Shown: positions 1-8,076, counted from the stretch's first letter. The stretch: 12,588 nt of DNA from Gemmatimonadota bacterium (GCA_040389905.1 JAZJZK010000050.1:1-12588), one strand, 5' to 3'. Numbers and translations are program-made. The notes: generated from the sequence alone by a model not told the origin.

Positions 1-42
1 ACTCTTTCATTCGCGACTCCACGCCGGTTTATCCCGGCGCAC
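1..42 (-). mobile_element. Probable 5' end of a group II intron, truncated by the window edge
   Basis: The reverse complement of 42..1 reads GTGCGCCGGGATAAACCGGCGTGGAGTCGCGAATGAAAGAGT. It begins with the GUGYG 5' splice consensus. The CGCCGG/CCGGCG stem and GCGAATGAAAGAGT that follow resemble, from memory, the 5' ends of bacterial class E-like introns. Only 42 nt are visible; no domain V or RT gene is in the window. Confidence 0.6.
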
Positions 43-55
43 CGTCCTCTGCGGT
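43..55 (-). repeat. Partial copy of the ACCRCAGAGGACR repeat abutting the putative intron
   Basis: The minus strand 55..43 reads ACCGCAGAGGACG. The plus strand 12514..12526 reads ACCACAGAGGACA. They are 11/13 identical and both differences are G/A transitions. Confidence 0.55.
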
Positions 56-77
56 AAAGTGTTTCTTGCTTTACTGC
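51..77. other. Stem-loop downstream of the lipoprotein gene (possible terminator or part of the repeat element)
   Basis: GCGGTAAAGT (51-60) pairs with GCTTTACTGC (68-77): 10 bp including two G-U pairs on the + strand, with a 7-nt loop. Confidence 0.4.
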
Positions 78-102
78 CGTTCCTTACTGACCCGTATTGG
101 AT

Positions 103-981
103 CTAGAACGGCCGACGCCGGCGCGACACGGTGGCAGCGGACGCCACGCTCACCTTGCCCGTCCCTTTCGCCACCCACTGACGCCACGTCGCGTCGAGCA
201 CGTCCAGCGACACGCGTGAATCGACATGCGACATGATTTCCGACATGCTCGCGCCACCAAGTAGCGGAACGAGGAGATCGTGCGTCGGGTCCATCCCGAT
301 TTCATTACGCAGGAATTCGAGCACGCTCGTCGCCTGTGCGACAAAGAGTGGGCTTCCTCGTCCGGTCGACGCTGCGGCAAACAGCGACGCGAGCGCGGGT
401 GCCTTCCCGAGTTGCTGTTTCATCCGTCGCGCCGCTTGTGCCGATGCATCGGCGTTCGCGAGCGTCTGGACCGCGGCCTCCTGGAACCACGCTGGCACGA
501 CGGCTCCGTGAATCGGGCGTGATGCGTATCCGCCGTCCTCGACGGTGTTGGCCCACGCGTTCGCGTATGCGTCAACCCAACTGGTGGCGGCCTTCGCCGT
601 CAATGCGCGACGACGCTCCACGCCGTTGGTGCTGATGATCAGCGGCGACGTGCCGCGCGATTGCCGCAATTCGGGGTGAGAGGCGTCCTCCACCATGACG
701 ACGATGCGCGGCGCATCATCGCCGAACAACTCCGTGAACCGCATGGCCGTTGACTGGAGCGCGGGCACCAGTGCTCGTGCCGCCGCCTCGGATTTCGACT
801 GCACCGTAAAAGCGGCATCGCCGTGCGCATAGGTCGTACTCGTCGCGGGCGCGTCAGTTGACTGCTGCGGCGCCAGCGCGCCCGTGTGCAGCGGTTGCGA
901 GACACACCCAGCCATCACGGCACCAAGAGCGCTCAGGGTAGCCAATGTGCGGCAAGCACGTGCGGTCACGGTGTTCGTCAT
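103..981 (-). CDS. Putative lipoprotein with a degenerate peptidase MA-like domain (292 aa)
   Basis: GAGGA RBS at 990-986. Signal peptide ends in the lipobox-like MAG|C. Motifs VPAWFQEA, FVAQATSVLEFL and LDATWRQWV resemble the C-terminal half of peptidase MA family proteins. No HExxH is present. Confidence 0.75.
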   Translation of the reverse strand: MTNTVTARACRTLATLSALGAVMAGCVSQPLHTGALAPQQSTDAPATSTTYAHGDAAFTVQSKSEAAARALVPALQSTAMRFTELFGDDAPRIVVMVEDASHPELRQSRGTSPLIISTNGVERRRALTAKAATSWVDAYANAWANTVEDGGYASRPIHGAVVPAWFQEAAVQTLANADASAQAARRMKQQLGKAPALASLFAAASTGRGSPLFVAQATSVLEFLRNEIGMDPTHDLLVPLLGGASMSEIMSHVDSRVSLDVLDATWRQWVAKGTGKVSVASAATVSRRRRPF

Positions 982-1203
982 GTCATCCTCGTCGGTAAAG
1001 ATCGGTGTTGCGCTGTGCGACCCGTTCTCGAGCCGCGTACTGACTACACACGCAACGAGCGCCGGCCGCTTGGCTTGCTGTCACGAACCGCCCGATGACG
1101 TCACCAACTGCGCAGTGGCGCCTCAGGATGTCGGTCAGCGCGATTCTCCACACCGGATTCGCCGATGCGACGGGCCTCGCCTGGCTCCGTCGCGCCCCGA
1201 TCG

Positions 1204-1209
1204 TATTTT
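1204..1209 (+). promoter_or_regulatory. Candidate -10 element (TATTTT) for a leaderless transcript
   Basis: TAnnnT hexamer 7 nt upstream of ATG 1217, with no Shine-Dalgarno sequence in between. Confidence 0.4.
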
Positions 1210-1216
1210 TCTCGGC

Positions 1217-2914
1217 ATGAGACCATCACGCCTCGCGCATATCGCCGCCTGTTTCCTCGCCGCAGCCGCCAGCGCCAGCGCGCAGCCGTCGCGCACCCTC
1301 GCCCCGAAACCAACGTCCGCGCAAATCACCCGCGAAGACGTCATGACGCGCACCTATATCATCGCGGATGACTCGATGGAGGGGCGCGACACTGGAAAGC
1401 GCGGCGGACTTCGTTCGGCGCGTTACATCGCCGGCGAGTTGCAGCGCCTTGGCCTCAGGCCCGGTGGGGATTCGGGGACCTTTCTCCAGCAGATTCCCTG
1501 GGTTGCTCGCACGCCCGACACGCTGAGCGTGCTGCGCACCGGTACAACGACCTTTACCTGGAACCGCGACTTCCTCGTGATTCCGAAGATCGGCTTCGCC
1601 TTGGCCATCGGCGGCCAACCGTTCGGCGGAGGCTTCGACGGGACCAACGTGCCCACGGTATTCGGCGGTCGTATTGGCGATTCCGCGATCGCACCTGCGG
1701 ACGTACAGGGCAAGGTGGTCGTGTTCGCACCACCGGCCAACGGGCCGTCATTCACCTTCTGGCAACGCGATAACCTTCGGCGCTACGCTGGTGCGCGCGC
1801 CATTTTCGTGGCGACGCTCGATCTTGGCGCTCCCGCCGCATACCGCGCGACGCGGGAGACCTACTGGGACCCCACGGGATCCGCCGGACTTCCACCGATG
1901 ACCGTGATCGCGGTCTCGCGTGCGACCGGCGCGTCGATCTTCGGGCGACCACTCGATTCGGTGGCGGTGCGTTCCACCGGCGCGCCGTTGAGTGGCCACG
2001 CTGGGTTCATCGACACGCCGACGGAGGCACCCGCCTACAACGTCGTCGGCATCCTTCCGGGGAGCGATGCAAAGCTCGCGACGACCTATGTGGCCGTAGG
2101 CGCGCATCACGATCATGTGGGGATGGGGCCACCGGTCGATCACGATTCGATTCGCGCTTTCAATCAAGTCGTGCGCACACGCGGCGCCGATGATCCGCAA
2201 CCGCGGAGTGTGACAGCTGAGCAGACGCAGCGCATTCGCCTCCTGCTCGACAGCCTGCATGCGGCGCACGGAGTTCGGCGCGACTCGATCTTCAACGGTG
2301 CCGACGACGACGGCAGCGGATCGGTGCTCGCACTCGAGATTGCCGAATACTATGCGCGTGCCACGACTCGTCCGAAGCGATCGCTGGTGTTCGTCTTCCA
2401 CACGGCGGAAGAGCGTGGCCTGTATGGTGCGCAGTTCTTCTCCGATCACCCCACCGTGCCGCGCGATTCGATCGTCGCGCAGACCAACATGGATCAGATG
2501 GGCCGTGGCGAGGCGATCGACAATCAACCCGGCGGCGCGAATGCGCTGGTGCTCATCGGTACTCGGCGTCTGTCGACTGAGCTTGGTGACATGGTCGAGG
2601 CAGTGAACGCCCGCACCGCCGCTCCGTTCGCTCTGGACTATTCCTTCGACAAGAACGGCGACCCGACGAACGCGTATTGCCGCAGCGACCACTATATGTA
2701 CGCGCGCTTCGGCATCCCGGTGGCCTTCTTCAGTGCCGCCGCCTGGCACATTGACTACCACATGGTGTCCGACGAGCCGCAATACGTGCAGTACGATCGG
2801 ATGGCGAAGATCGGGCGCTATATCGCCGACGTCGTCGGTGACGTCGCGAACCTGACGCACCGTCCCGTCGTCGACAAGAGTCGTCCGGACCCGAACGCGA
2901 TGTGCCGGCAGTAG
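1217..2914 (+). CDS. Secreted M28 family metallopeptidase with PA-like insert (565 aa)
   Basis: Start moved from 884 to ATG 1217, which gives a signal peptide (MRPSRLAHIAACFLAAAASASA|Q). Motifs: ADDSMEGRDTG, NVVGILPG, GAHHDH, NGADDDGSG, AEERGLYG, NMDQMG, RSDH, DYH. The two-zinc ligand set appears complete. Confidence 0.93.
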   Translation: MRPSRLAHIAACFLAAAASASAQPSRTLAPKPTSAQITREDVMTRTYIIADDSMEGRDTGKRGGLRSARYIAGELQRLGLRPGGDSGTFLQQIPWVARTPDTLSVLRTGTTTFTWNRDFLVIPKIGFALAIGGQPFGGGFDGTNVPTVFGGRIGDSAIAPADVQGKVVVFAPPANGPSFTFWQRDNLRRYAGARAIFVATLDLGAPAAYRATRETYWDPTGSAGLPPMTVIAVSRATGASIFGRPLDSVAVRSTGAPLSGHAGFIDTPTEAPAYNVVGILPGSDAKLATTYVAVGAHHDHVGMGPPVDHDSIRAFNQVVRTRGADDPQPRSVTAEQTQRIRLLLDSLHAAHGVRRDSIFNGADDDGSGSVLALEIAEYYARATTRPKRSLVFVFHTAEERGLYGAQFFSDHPTVPRDSIVAQTNMDQMGRGEAIDNQPGGANALVLIGTRRLSTELGDMVEAVNARTAAPFALDYSFDKNGDPTNAYCRSDHYMYARFGIPVAFFSAAAWHIDYHMVSDEPQYVQYDRMAKIGRYIADVVGDVANLTHRPVVDKSRPDPNAMCRQ

Positions 2915-2959
2915 TGTGCTATCATCCCGACCGAAGTACCTGCTGTTGTCGCTGCGCTC

Positions 2960-5900
2960 TTACTGTGCCCGCGGCAGCGTCAGCACGAACGTACTCCCTT
3001 CGCCCAGCATGCTTCGCACCGACAGCTCGCCACCCATCCGCCGGGCGAGCTCGCGACTGATCGCCAGGCCGAGACCCACGCCCTCGATTCCAACGCTCGT
3101 CAGGTTGCGGTTGACCTGCACGAAGGGATCGAAGATACGCTGAAGTTGATGCTCGGCGATTCCACGCCCTGTGTCGCTCATCTCCAACGTCACCGTCGAT
3201 TCATCCGCGCGCACGAGCACGCCGATCGTTCCCCTGTCGGTGAACTTGATCGCATTCGTCGCCAGGTTGATCAGGATCTGCTGCAACTTCTCCTCGTCGG
3301 CGAAGAACGAGACCTCGAACGTGCCACACGCGAACTCGAGGCCCTTCTCGCGAAGCTGCGGATCGATCATCGTCTGAAGGAGCCCCAGCGCGTGCGTCGC
3401 CGAGACGCCCACGATGTGGAACTCCACATGCCCAGCTTCGACCTTTGCGAAATTCAGAATGTCGTTGATGAGGGACAGCAGGTGACGGGCGCTGCGCTTG
3501 ATGCGAAGCAGGTCGGAGTGCTGCTCCTGGGTCAGGGGCCCATGAATCTCCAGCTGCATCAGGTCGGCGTAGCCGCCGATCGCATTGAGCGGCGTTCGCA
3601 GGTCGTGACTCATGCTCGCGAGAAATGACGCCTTCGTGGAATTCGCTTCCACGGCCTCCGACCGCGCTGCCACGGCGTCGATCAAGAGCAACCGCCGGCT
3701 CTCCGACGTTTCTTCAGCGCTCGCACCGGCTTTCTTCGACGCGTCAATATCCGTGAACACGAGAACTGCGCCATCCACCTTTCGGTCCACACCAACATAC
3801 GGTCGAACGGTCAGCGCCCACCAGTTTCCGCGATCGTCCCGGACATCCGCATGCGTGACGATGAGCGTCGCGATCGTCTCCAACACGCGCGCCTCGAGTT
3901 CCGGGTAGTCGACGCGCAACTTGACATCGCCCAGGGGACGACCGACGTCCGTGGCAATGACACGGAAGACGCGATCGGTGGCCGGCGTGAAGCGACGAAT
4001 GATCAGGTGCCCGTCGACGATCAGGATCGGGATCTGGGTGCTCGCGAAAATGTTGGCGAGGTCCCCCGAGATGGTGGCCAGGTCTCGGCTGCGATGCCGC
4101 AGCTCCTCGTTGACGGTGGTCAGTTCTTCGTTGGTGGACTGAACCTCTTCCTTGGTTGTCTCCAGCTCCTCGTTGGTGCTCTGGAATTCCTCGTTGCTGG
4201 ACTGGATCTCCTCGTTAGCCGCGCGCAGATCCTCGTTGGCCGTCTCGTATTGCGCGATGACGTCCTGAAGATGGCGCTTGGCTTCGGCCAGGAGCTCACG
4301 CAGTTGTGCCACCTCATTCGCGGCTCCTCCCTCGTGTGACGCATGCCCGGCGGGTTCCCTTTCGAACGGCGATTGTGCGAGCGAGACGGACGCGAGCTCG
4401 TGCCGAAACAAGACGACGTAAAGTCGTTCGTTCGTCGCTGCCGATTGAAATGGCAGTACATCGATGGACACGTGGCGGACGACATCGCCGTCACGGAGAA
4501 CGATGTTTACCTCTCGCGCGTCGGTCCCACTCGCTCTCGCGCGCTCGAACGCCGCCCGAAAACGCGGAATCAGCTCGGCGCGCGCCAGCTTCAGCAGGTG
4601 CAGGCTCGCCGTACCGGGCGCGATCTGAAGGAATCCCGCGGTGTCACCACGGAACTGGAGGATTTCGAGACGATCATTGATCACGACGCCGGGAGGCCCG
4701 ATTCTGTTGAGCACGACTCGGTCGGCATCTCGCTCGACGGCACTCGACGGAGACTGTCCGGGAGCGCGCGCGGCAACGACGCGTGTCGCGGCCTTTGGCT
4801 CGGCGCGCAGTGAGAGTTCGAGGTTGGATGTCCGACGCGCGTTCGGCTTCGGGCGGAAGATGCGGTGGTGCTTGTCGAAGGGCGTGAAGTGTTCCGACGA
4901 CGCGGACTCCGCGGGCCCGATGAGGAGCAGACCGCCGGGATTGAGCGCGTAGTGGAAGACTGGCATCACCGCCTGCTGGAGCGTCGCGTCGAAGTAGATC
5001 AGCACGTTGCGGCAGGTGATCAGGTCGAGCTGGGAGAAGGGCGGGTCCCGAAACAGATTGTGCGTCGCGAAGACGCAGAGATCGCGGACACGTCGCGTAA
5101 TCCGGTAGCCGGCGTCCTCGCTGACGAAAAAGCGGCGCAACCGCTCCGCCGACACGTCGGCGGCAATCGAGTACGGGTAGAGTCCAGCGCGAGCGTGGGT
5201 GATGGCGCTTGCACTGAGATCGGTTGCGAAGATCTGAATCTCCGTCTCGGCGGCAAGCTCCCCGAGGAACTCGAGCAGGACGATGGCGAGCGAATACACT
5301 TCCTCGCCGGTCGAGCAGCCAGCGACCCATACGCGAATCGGGGCATCGGGCGCACGCCCGCGCATGAGTTGGGGAAAGCCGAGCCGCGCCAATGCGTCGA
5401 ACGTCTCCGGGTCCCGGAAAAAGCGCGTCACGCCGATCAGCAGGTCCTCATGCAGAGCATCCAGCTCTTCTGGGTGTTCTCGAACGTGGGCCAGGTACTC
5501 GCCACGGGTTTCCGTCTTGTGCGCGATCATGCGTCGCACGATGCGGCGATGCACCGTGGCCCGGCGATAGTGCCTGAAGTCGACGCCGGTGCGATTCCGC
5601 AGAAGCAGGAGGATTTTCGTCGCGTCCTCGTCGTGCTGCGCGCGCTCGGCGGAGCCGTCTCCTTCGCGCGCGGCACGCGCAATGTCCGTCAGCCGCTCGG
5701 CAATCTGTTCTGGCGCGAGGACGAAATCCACGCAACCCGTGGCGACGGCGCGGTCGGGCATACTCGCGACCTGCGCGGAGGCCGAGTCCTGCGCGAGCGT
5801 GATGCCGCCCGCCTGCTTGATGGCCTCGATTCCAACGGCGCCATCAGATCCCGCGCCGGAGAGTATCACGCCGATCGCATCGCTTCCGTGGACGTCGGCG

Positions 5901-6328
5901 AGGGACACCAGGAAGGCGTCGATCACCGTGTGCACGCCGCGGAGCCGTGGGGACTGGACAACTCGCAAGTGTCCGTCGGTGAGCGTCATGATGGCGCCCG
6001 GCGGAATCACATAGGCGTGATTGGCCACAACGCCCATGCCGTCCTCCGCCAATACCACTGGCACTGAAGCAGATCGCCCCAGAATCTCGGGGAGCAGACT
6101 GTCGTGTGACGGATCCAGATGTTGCACGAGGACGTAGGCCATGCCCGTGTCCGCCGGCAGCGCACGCACCAGCCGCGTGAAGGCGGCGAGTCCGCCGGCC
6201 GAGGCACCTATCCCGACGACGGTGGGGTGCGAAGGAGGTGGGGGCGGACCAGACCGCGTGTATGGCGCACCGGCAGTCGGCACATCTCGTACGTCTGGCC
6301 CTTCGGTCCCACGCCCGCCAGTTGTCAT
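2960..6328 (-). CDS. CheB methylesterase / CheR methyltransferase / coiled coil / PAS / histidine kinase fusion (about 1122 aa)
   Basis: CheB triad motifs GASAGG, VQHLDP and GAGSDG. CheR motifs VTRFFRD, WVAGCSTGEEVYS, ATDLS and CRNVLIYF. NEExQS heptads, a PAS-like segment, H-box SHDLRTPLNAI, N-box NLATNAIKFT, DTGRGI, FDPF and GVGLGL. Start ATG 6328 is preceded by GGGAGAG; the exact start is uncertain. Confidence 0.95.
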   Translation of the reverse strand: MTTGGRGTEGPDVRDVPTAGAPYTRSGPPPPPSHPTVVGIGASAGGLAAFTRLVRALPADTGMAYVLVQHLDPSHDSLLPEILGRSASVPVVLAEDGMGVVANHAYVIPPGAIMTLTDGHLRVVQSPRLRGVHTVIDAFLVSLADVHGSDAIGVILSGAGSDGAVGIEAIKQAGGITLAQDSASAQVASMPDRAVATGCVDFVLAPEQIAERLTDIARAAREGDGSAERAQHDEDATKILLLLRNRTGVDFRHYRRATVHRRIVRRMIAHKTETRGEYLAHVREHPEELDALHEDLLIGVTRFFRDPETFDALARLGFPQLMRGRAPDAPIRVWVAGCSTGEEVYSLAIVLLEFLGELAAETEIQIFATDLSASAITHARAGLYPYSIAADVSAERLRRFFVSEDAGYRITRRVRDLCVFATHNLFRDPPFSQLDLITCRNVLIYFDATLQQAVMPVFHYALNPGGLLLIGPAESASSEHFTPFDKHHRIFRPKPNARRTSNLELSLRAEPKAATRVVAARAPGQSPSSAVERDADRVVLNRIGPPGVVINDRLEILQFRGDTAGFLQIAPGTASLHLLKLARAELIPRFRAAFERARASGTDAREVNIVLRDGDVVRHVSIDVLPFQSAATNERLYVVLFRHELASVSLAQSPFEREPAGHASHEGGAANEVAQLRELLAEAKRHLQDVIAQYETANEDLRAANEEIQSSNEEFQSTNEELETTKEEVQSTNEELTTVNEELRHRSRDLATISGDLANIFASTQIPILIVDGHLIIRRFTPATDRVFRVIATDVGRPLGDVKLRVDYPELEARVLETIATLIVTHADVRDDRGNWWALTVRPYVGVDRKVDGAVLVFTDIDASKKAGASAEETSESRRLLLIDAVAARSEAVEANSTKASFLASMSHDLRTPLNAIGGYADLMQLEIHGPLTQEQHSDLLRIKRSARHLLSLINDILNFAKVEAGHVEFHIVGVSATHALGLLQTMIDPQLREKGLEFACGTFEVSFFADEEKLQQILINLATNAIKFTDRGTIGVLVRADESTVTLEMSDTGRGIAEHQLQRIFDPFVQVNRNLTSVGIEGVGLGLAISRELARRMGGELSVRSMLGEGSTFVLTLPRAQ

Positions 6329-6348
6329 TACTCTCCCGCTCGGTACGG

Positions 6349-6357
6349 AACATAGCA
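6349..6357 (-). promoter_or_regulatory. Candidate extended -10 promoter (TGcTATGTT) for the CheBR kinase gene
   Basis: TGn plus TAnnnT match 20 nt upstream of ATG 6328, in an AT-richer intergenic patch. Confidence 0.4.
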
Positions 6358-6385
6358 TAATTGGGCCCACTTGCTCGGCTGGGCG

Positions 6386-6437
6386 AAAAAGCAGCGTCTT
6401 GAAAGCGCTTCCAGTCGCCTTGTTCCGCTGTCTTTTT
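6386..6437. terminator. Possible terminator-like inverted repeat
   Basis: AAAAAGCAGCG (6386-6396) pairs with CGCTG-t-CTTTTT (6426-6437). It starts 15 nt after the stop of the upstream minus-strand gene and has a T-run on either strand. The loop is atypically long (29 nt). Confidence 0.35.
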
Positions 6438-6452
6438 CCGGCCATACACCAG

Positions 6453-7172
6453 TCAGCTACACGGCGGATCGTTCTGCCCGACCGGGTGCCCCTGCACTGC
6501 AACATCGATCGAACCGAATACCGATGTATCCGCAGTGGCGCGCGCGACCACTTTGAGAAACCCGGTCGTTGGACGACATCGATAGGTGATGGTACCGGCG
6601 GAATAGTCGAAGTTCACGGAGGCGGTATCTCCGGTGATCCGCCACACGACGCCTTGCGGAAATCCTGGGTCGGCATCGAGAAAGGGTCGTATGACCCGTG
6701 GTGTGTTGATCCCGGACGACGATCGGTCGAGTATCAAATTTCCCCCCAGGAGAAAGAGGGAGCGCACCGGCGGCGCGTTCGGTGCGAGCGACAGGGTTAT
6801 CGGAAGTTGCACGACGTGGTAGCCCTGGGCCTCCGTTCGGCCGCAGGCACCGTTGAAGGTCTGAACTCCGGACACCAAGGTGTCGTTGTAATACGGCTTC
6901 GAGACAAGCACGTCATATCGTGGACCGCCCGTTAAGTCGATGGGCGATATCGTTAGCGTGTCGTATGCCTCCCGGTATGCAACGCGCCGAGGCCCATCAA
7001 TCGCGAATACCGTTGCGCCGAGCGCCAGTCCCCTGCCTGCCGCGTTCCGGATCGTGACATTGAGGGGCATGTATCCCACCAAAATGCAGTCGCCATCAGA
7101 ACCCGTAATGCCGCACGCCGTTGCCCCGAGCGCGCCGATCGTCAACACGACAGCGATTACGGTTTCGCGCAT
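6453..7172 (-). CDS. Hypothetical lipoprotein with probable beta-sandwich / Ig-like domains (about 239 aa)
   Basis: MRETVIAVVLTIGALGATA|C is a lipoprotein signal (start 7172; 7196 is an alternative). The mature part is beta-strand rich. The C-terminal VVWRIT..ASVNF..GTIT..VVARATADTSVFGSIDVAV segment resembles bacterial Ig-like repeats. Confidence 0.7.
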   Translation of the reverse strand: MRETVIAVVLTIGALGATACGITGSDGDCILVGYMPLNVTIRNAAGRGLALGATVFAIDGPRRVAYREAYDTLTISPIDLTGGPRYDVLVSKPYYNDTLVSGVQTFNGACGRTEAQGYHVVQLPITLSLAPNAPPVRSLFLLGGNLILDRSSSGINTPRVIRPFLDADPGFPQGVVWRITGDTASVNFDYSAGTITYRCRPTTGFLKVVARATADTSVFGSIDVAVQGHPVGQNDPPCS

Positions 7173-7217
7173 TGCGCCATGGAGCTGAGGAAGCATGAAG
7201 TCGAACGTGAGGTTGCG

Positions 7218-7745
7218 CTACTTCGCGTGCTTCTGCGCCCGCGCGGTTGGCTCGAACAACATCATTGGCTCGCTGTCGGCGTCTATCCCGAGCGCCGTCG
7301 AGAGCGTGCCGAGACTCGCGGCCAGCCGTCGCAGTTCTGCCTTCGGCAGGAGCTTGAGGGCATCGAGCAACCGGGTCGTCGCCGCCGCAGGCGCCTTTCG
7401 AGCGAGCTTACGGCCAGCGGCGGTGATCGCGACATCGACTCGGCGCGCGTCCTCCGCCGATCGCGTGCGGCTGACCAGCCCAGCGCGTTCCAGCCGTGAA
7501 ACGATGATCGATACGGCGCTCTGATGCGTGAGCGCGAGGGCGGCAATCTCATTGATCGAATGCGGCACACCGTCGGCGAGCAGTTGCAGGACGAAGAGTT
7601 GTGCATTCGTCACGCCGGTACGATGCTCGACCGTTCTCGCAGACTGGCCAAGGAGCGCCACGAGCGATCGAATCGCTCGCATGGTATCGCGAAGCGCCTC
7701 GTCGTTGGCACGCCCCGCGTCGCGTTTCTTCTGCATTGGAGTCAT
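7218..7745 (-). CDS. MarR family transcriptional regulator
   Basis: Winged-helix pattern GVTNAQLFVLQLL..SINEIAA..THQSAVSIIVSRLERAGLVSR..SAEDARRVDVAITAAG. Start is ATG 7745 or 7736 rather than 7865. Confidence 0.92.
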   Translation of the reverse strand: MTPMQKKRDAGRANDEALRDTMRAIRSLVALLGQSARTVEHRTGVTNAQLFVLQLLADGVPHSINEIAALALTHQSAVSIIVSRLERAGLVSRTRSAEDARRVDVAITAAGRKLARKAPAAATTRLLDALKLLPKAELRRLAASLGTLSTALGIDADSEPMMLFEPTARAQKHAK

Positions 7746-7965
7746 GTCGATTGGTGGTGAGAGCGCTCGCCGCGACCGAGCCGGCGGCGCGCTCTTCGGA
7801 AACCCCGATGAGGGGAGATCGATGCCGCGCGTCCGAACATAGCCAACCAGCGCACCCGATGGCATGCCACCAGGTGACGGGGAGTGACGCGGTGCGCCGA
7901 CGCGAGGTTCTTCTCGCAGCGAACACTCGCCGTAACCCGCGCTGGCGGTCGAGTATCGCCGTCCT

Positions 7966-7971
7966 TATCAT
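7966..7971 (+). promoter_or_regulatory. Candidate -10 element (TATCAT) for the riboswitch transcript
   Basis: 5/6 match to TATAAT. The predicted start site (about 7977-7978) coincides with the 5' end of the riboswitch P1 stem. Confidence 0.5.
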
Positions 7972-7976
7972 TCCTG

Positions 7977-8076
7977 TAGTGGCACGGGGTGCCTGAACGC
8001 GGAAACATTCGCGCGCAGGCTGAGATTACACCCGTCGAACCTGATCTGGGTAATTCCAGCGAAGGGAGCGTCACTG
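7977..8076 (+). promoter_or_regulatory. TPP riboswitch (THI-box) aptamer
   Basis: Conserved blocks in canonical order: GGGGTGCC (7986-7993), GCTGAGA (8019-8025), ACCC, GAACCTGATCTGGGTAATTCCAGCGAAGGGA (8037-8067). P1 is AGTGGC 7978-7983 paired with GTCACT 8070-8075. P3 is closed by GCCTG/CAGGC. Confidence 0.96.

Noticed and set aside
1050..1105. Weak hairpin (about 1052-1078) and TGACGTCA palindrome (1096-1103) as an ncRNA or operator
   Set aside because: Short and imperfect, expected by chance in GC-rich DNA, with no recognisable RNA family motif.
884..1216. N-terminal 111 aa extension of the M28 ORF
   Set aside because: It overlaps the divergent lipoprotein gene, and the signal peptide begins at ATG 1217.
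1748..2860. 370-aa antisense ORF (likewise 4865..6067, 6141..6935, 7968..8792, 8826..9701)
   Set aside because: These are shadow ORFs opposite well-supported genes, expected from high-GC codon bias, and have no recognisable motifs.
4100..4250. 21-bp periodic CTCCTCGTT-like DNA repeats
   Set aside because: Explained by the NEExQS heptad coiled coil of the CheBR protein; not an independent DNA element.
6329..6505. Upstream extension of the CheBR ORF to 6505
   Set aside because: It overlaps the neighbouring gene end and crosses promoter-like and terminator-like sequence; the CheB domain begins downstream of 6328.
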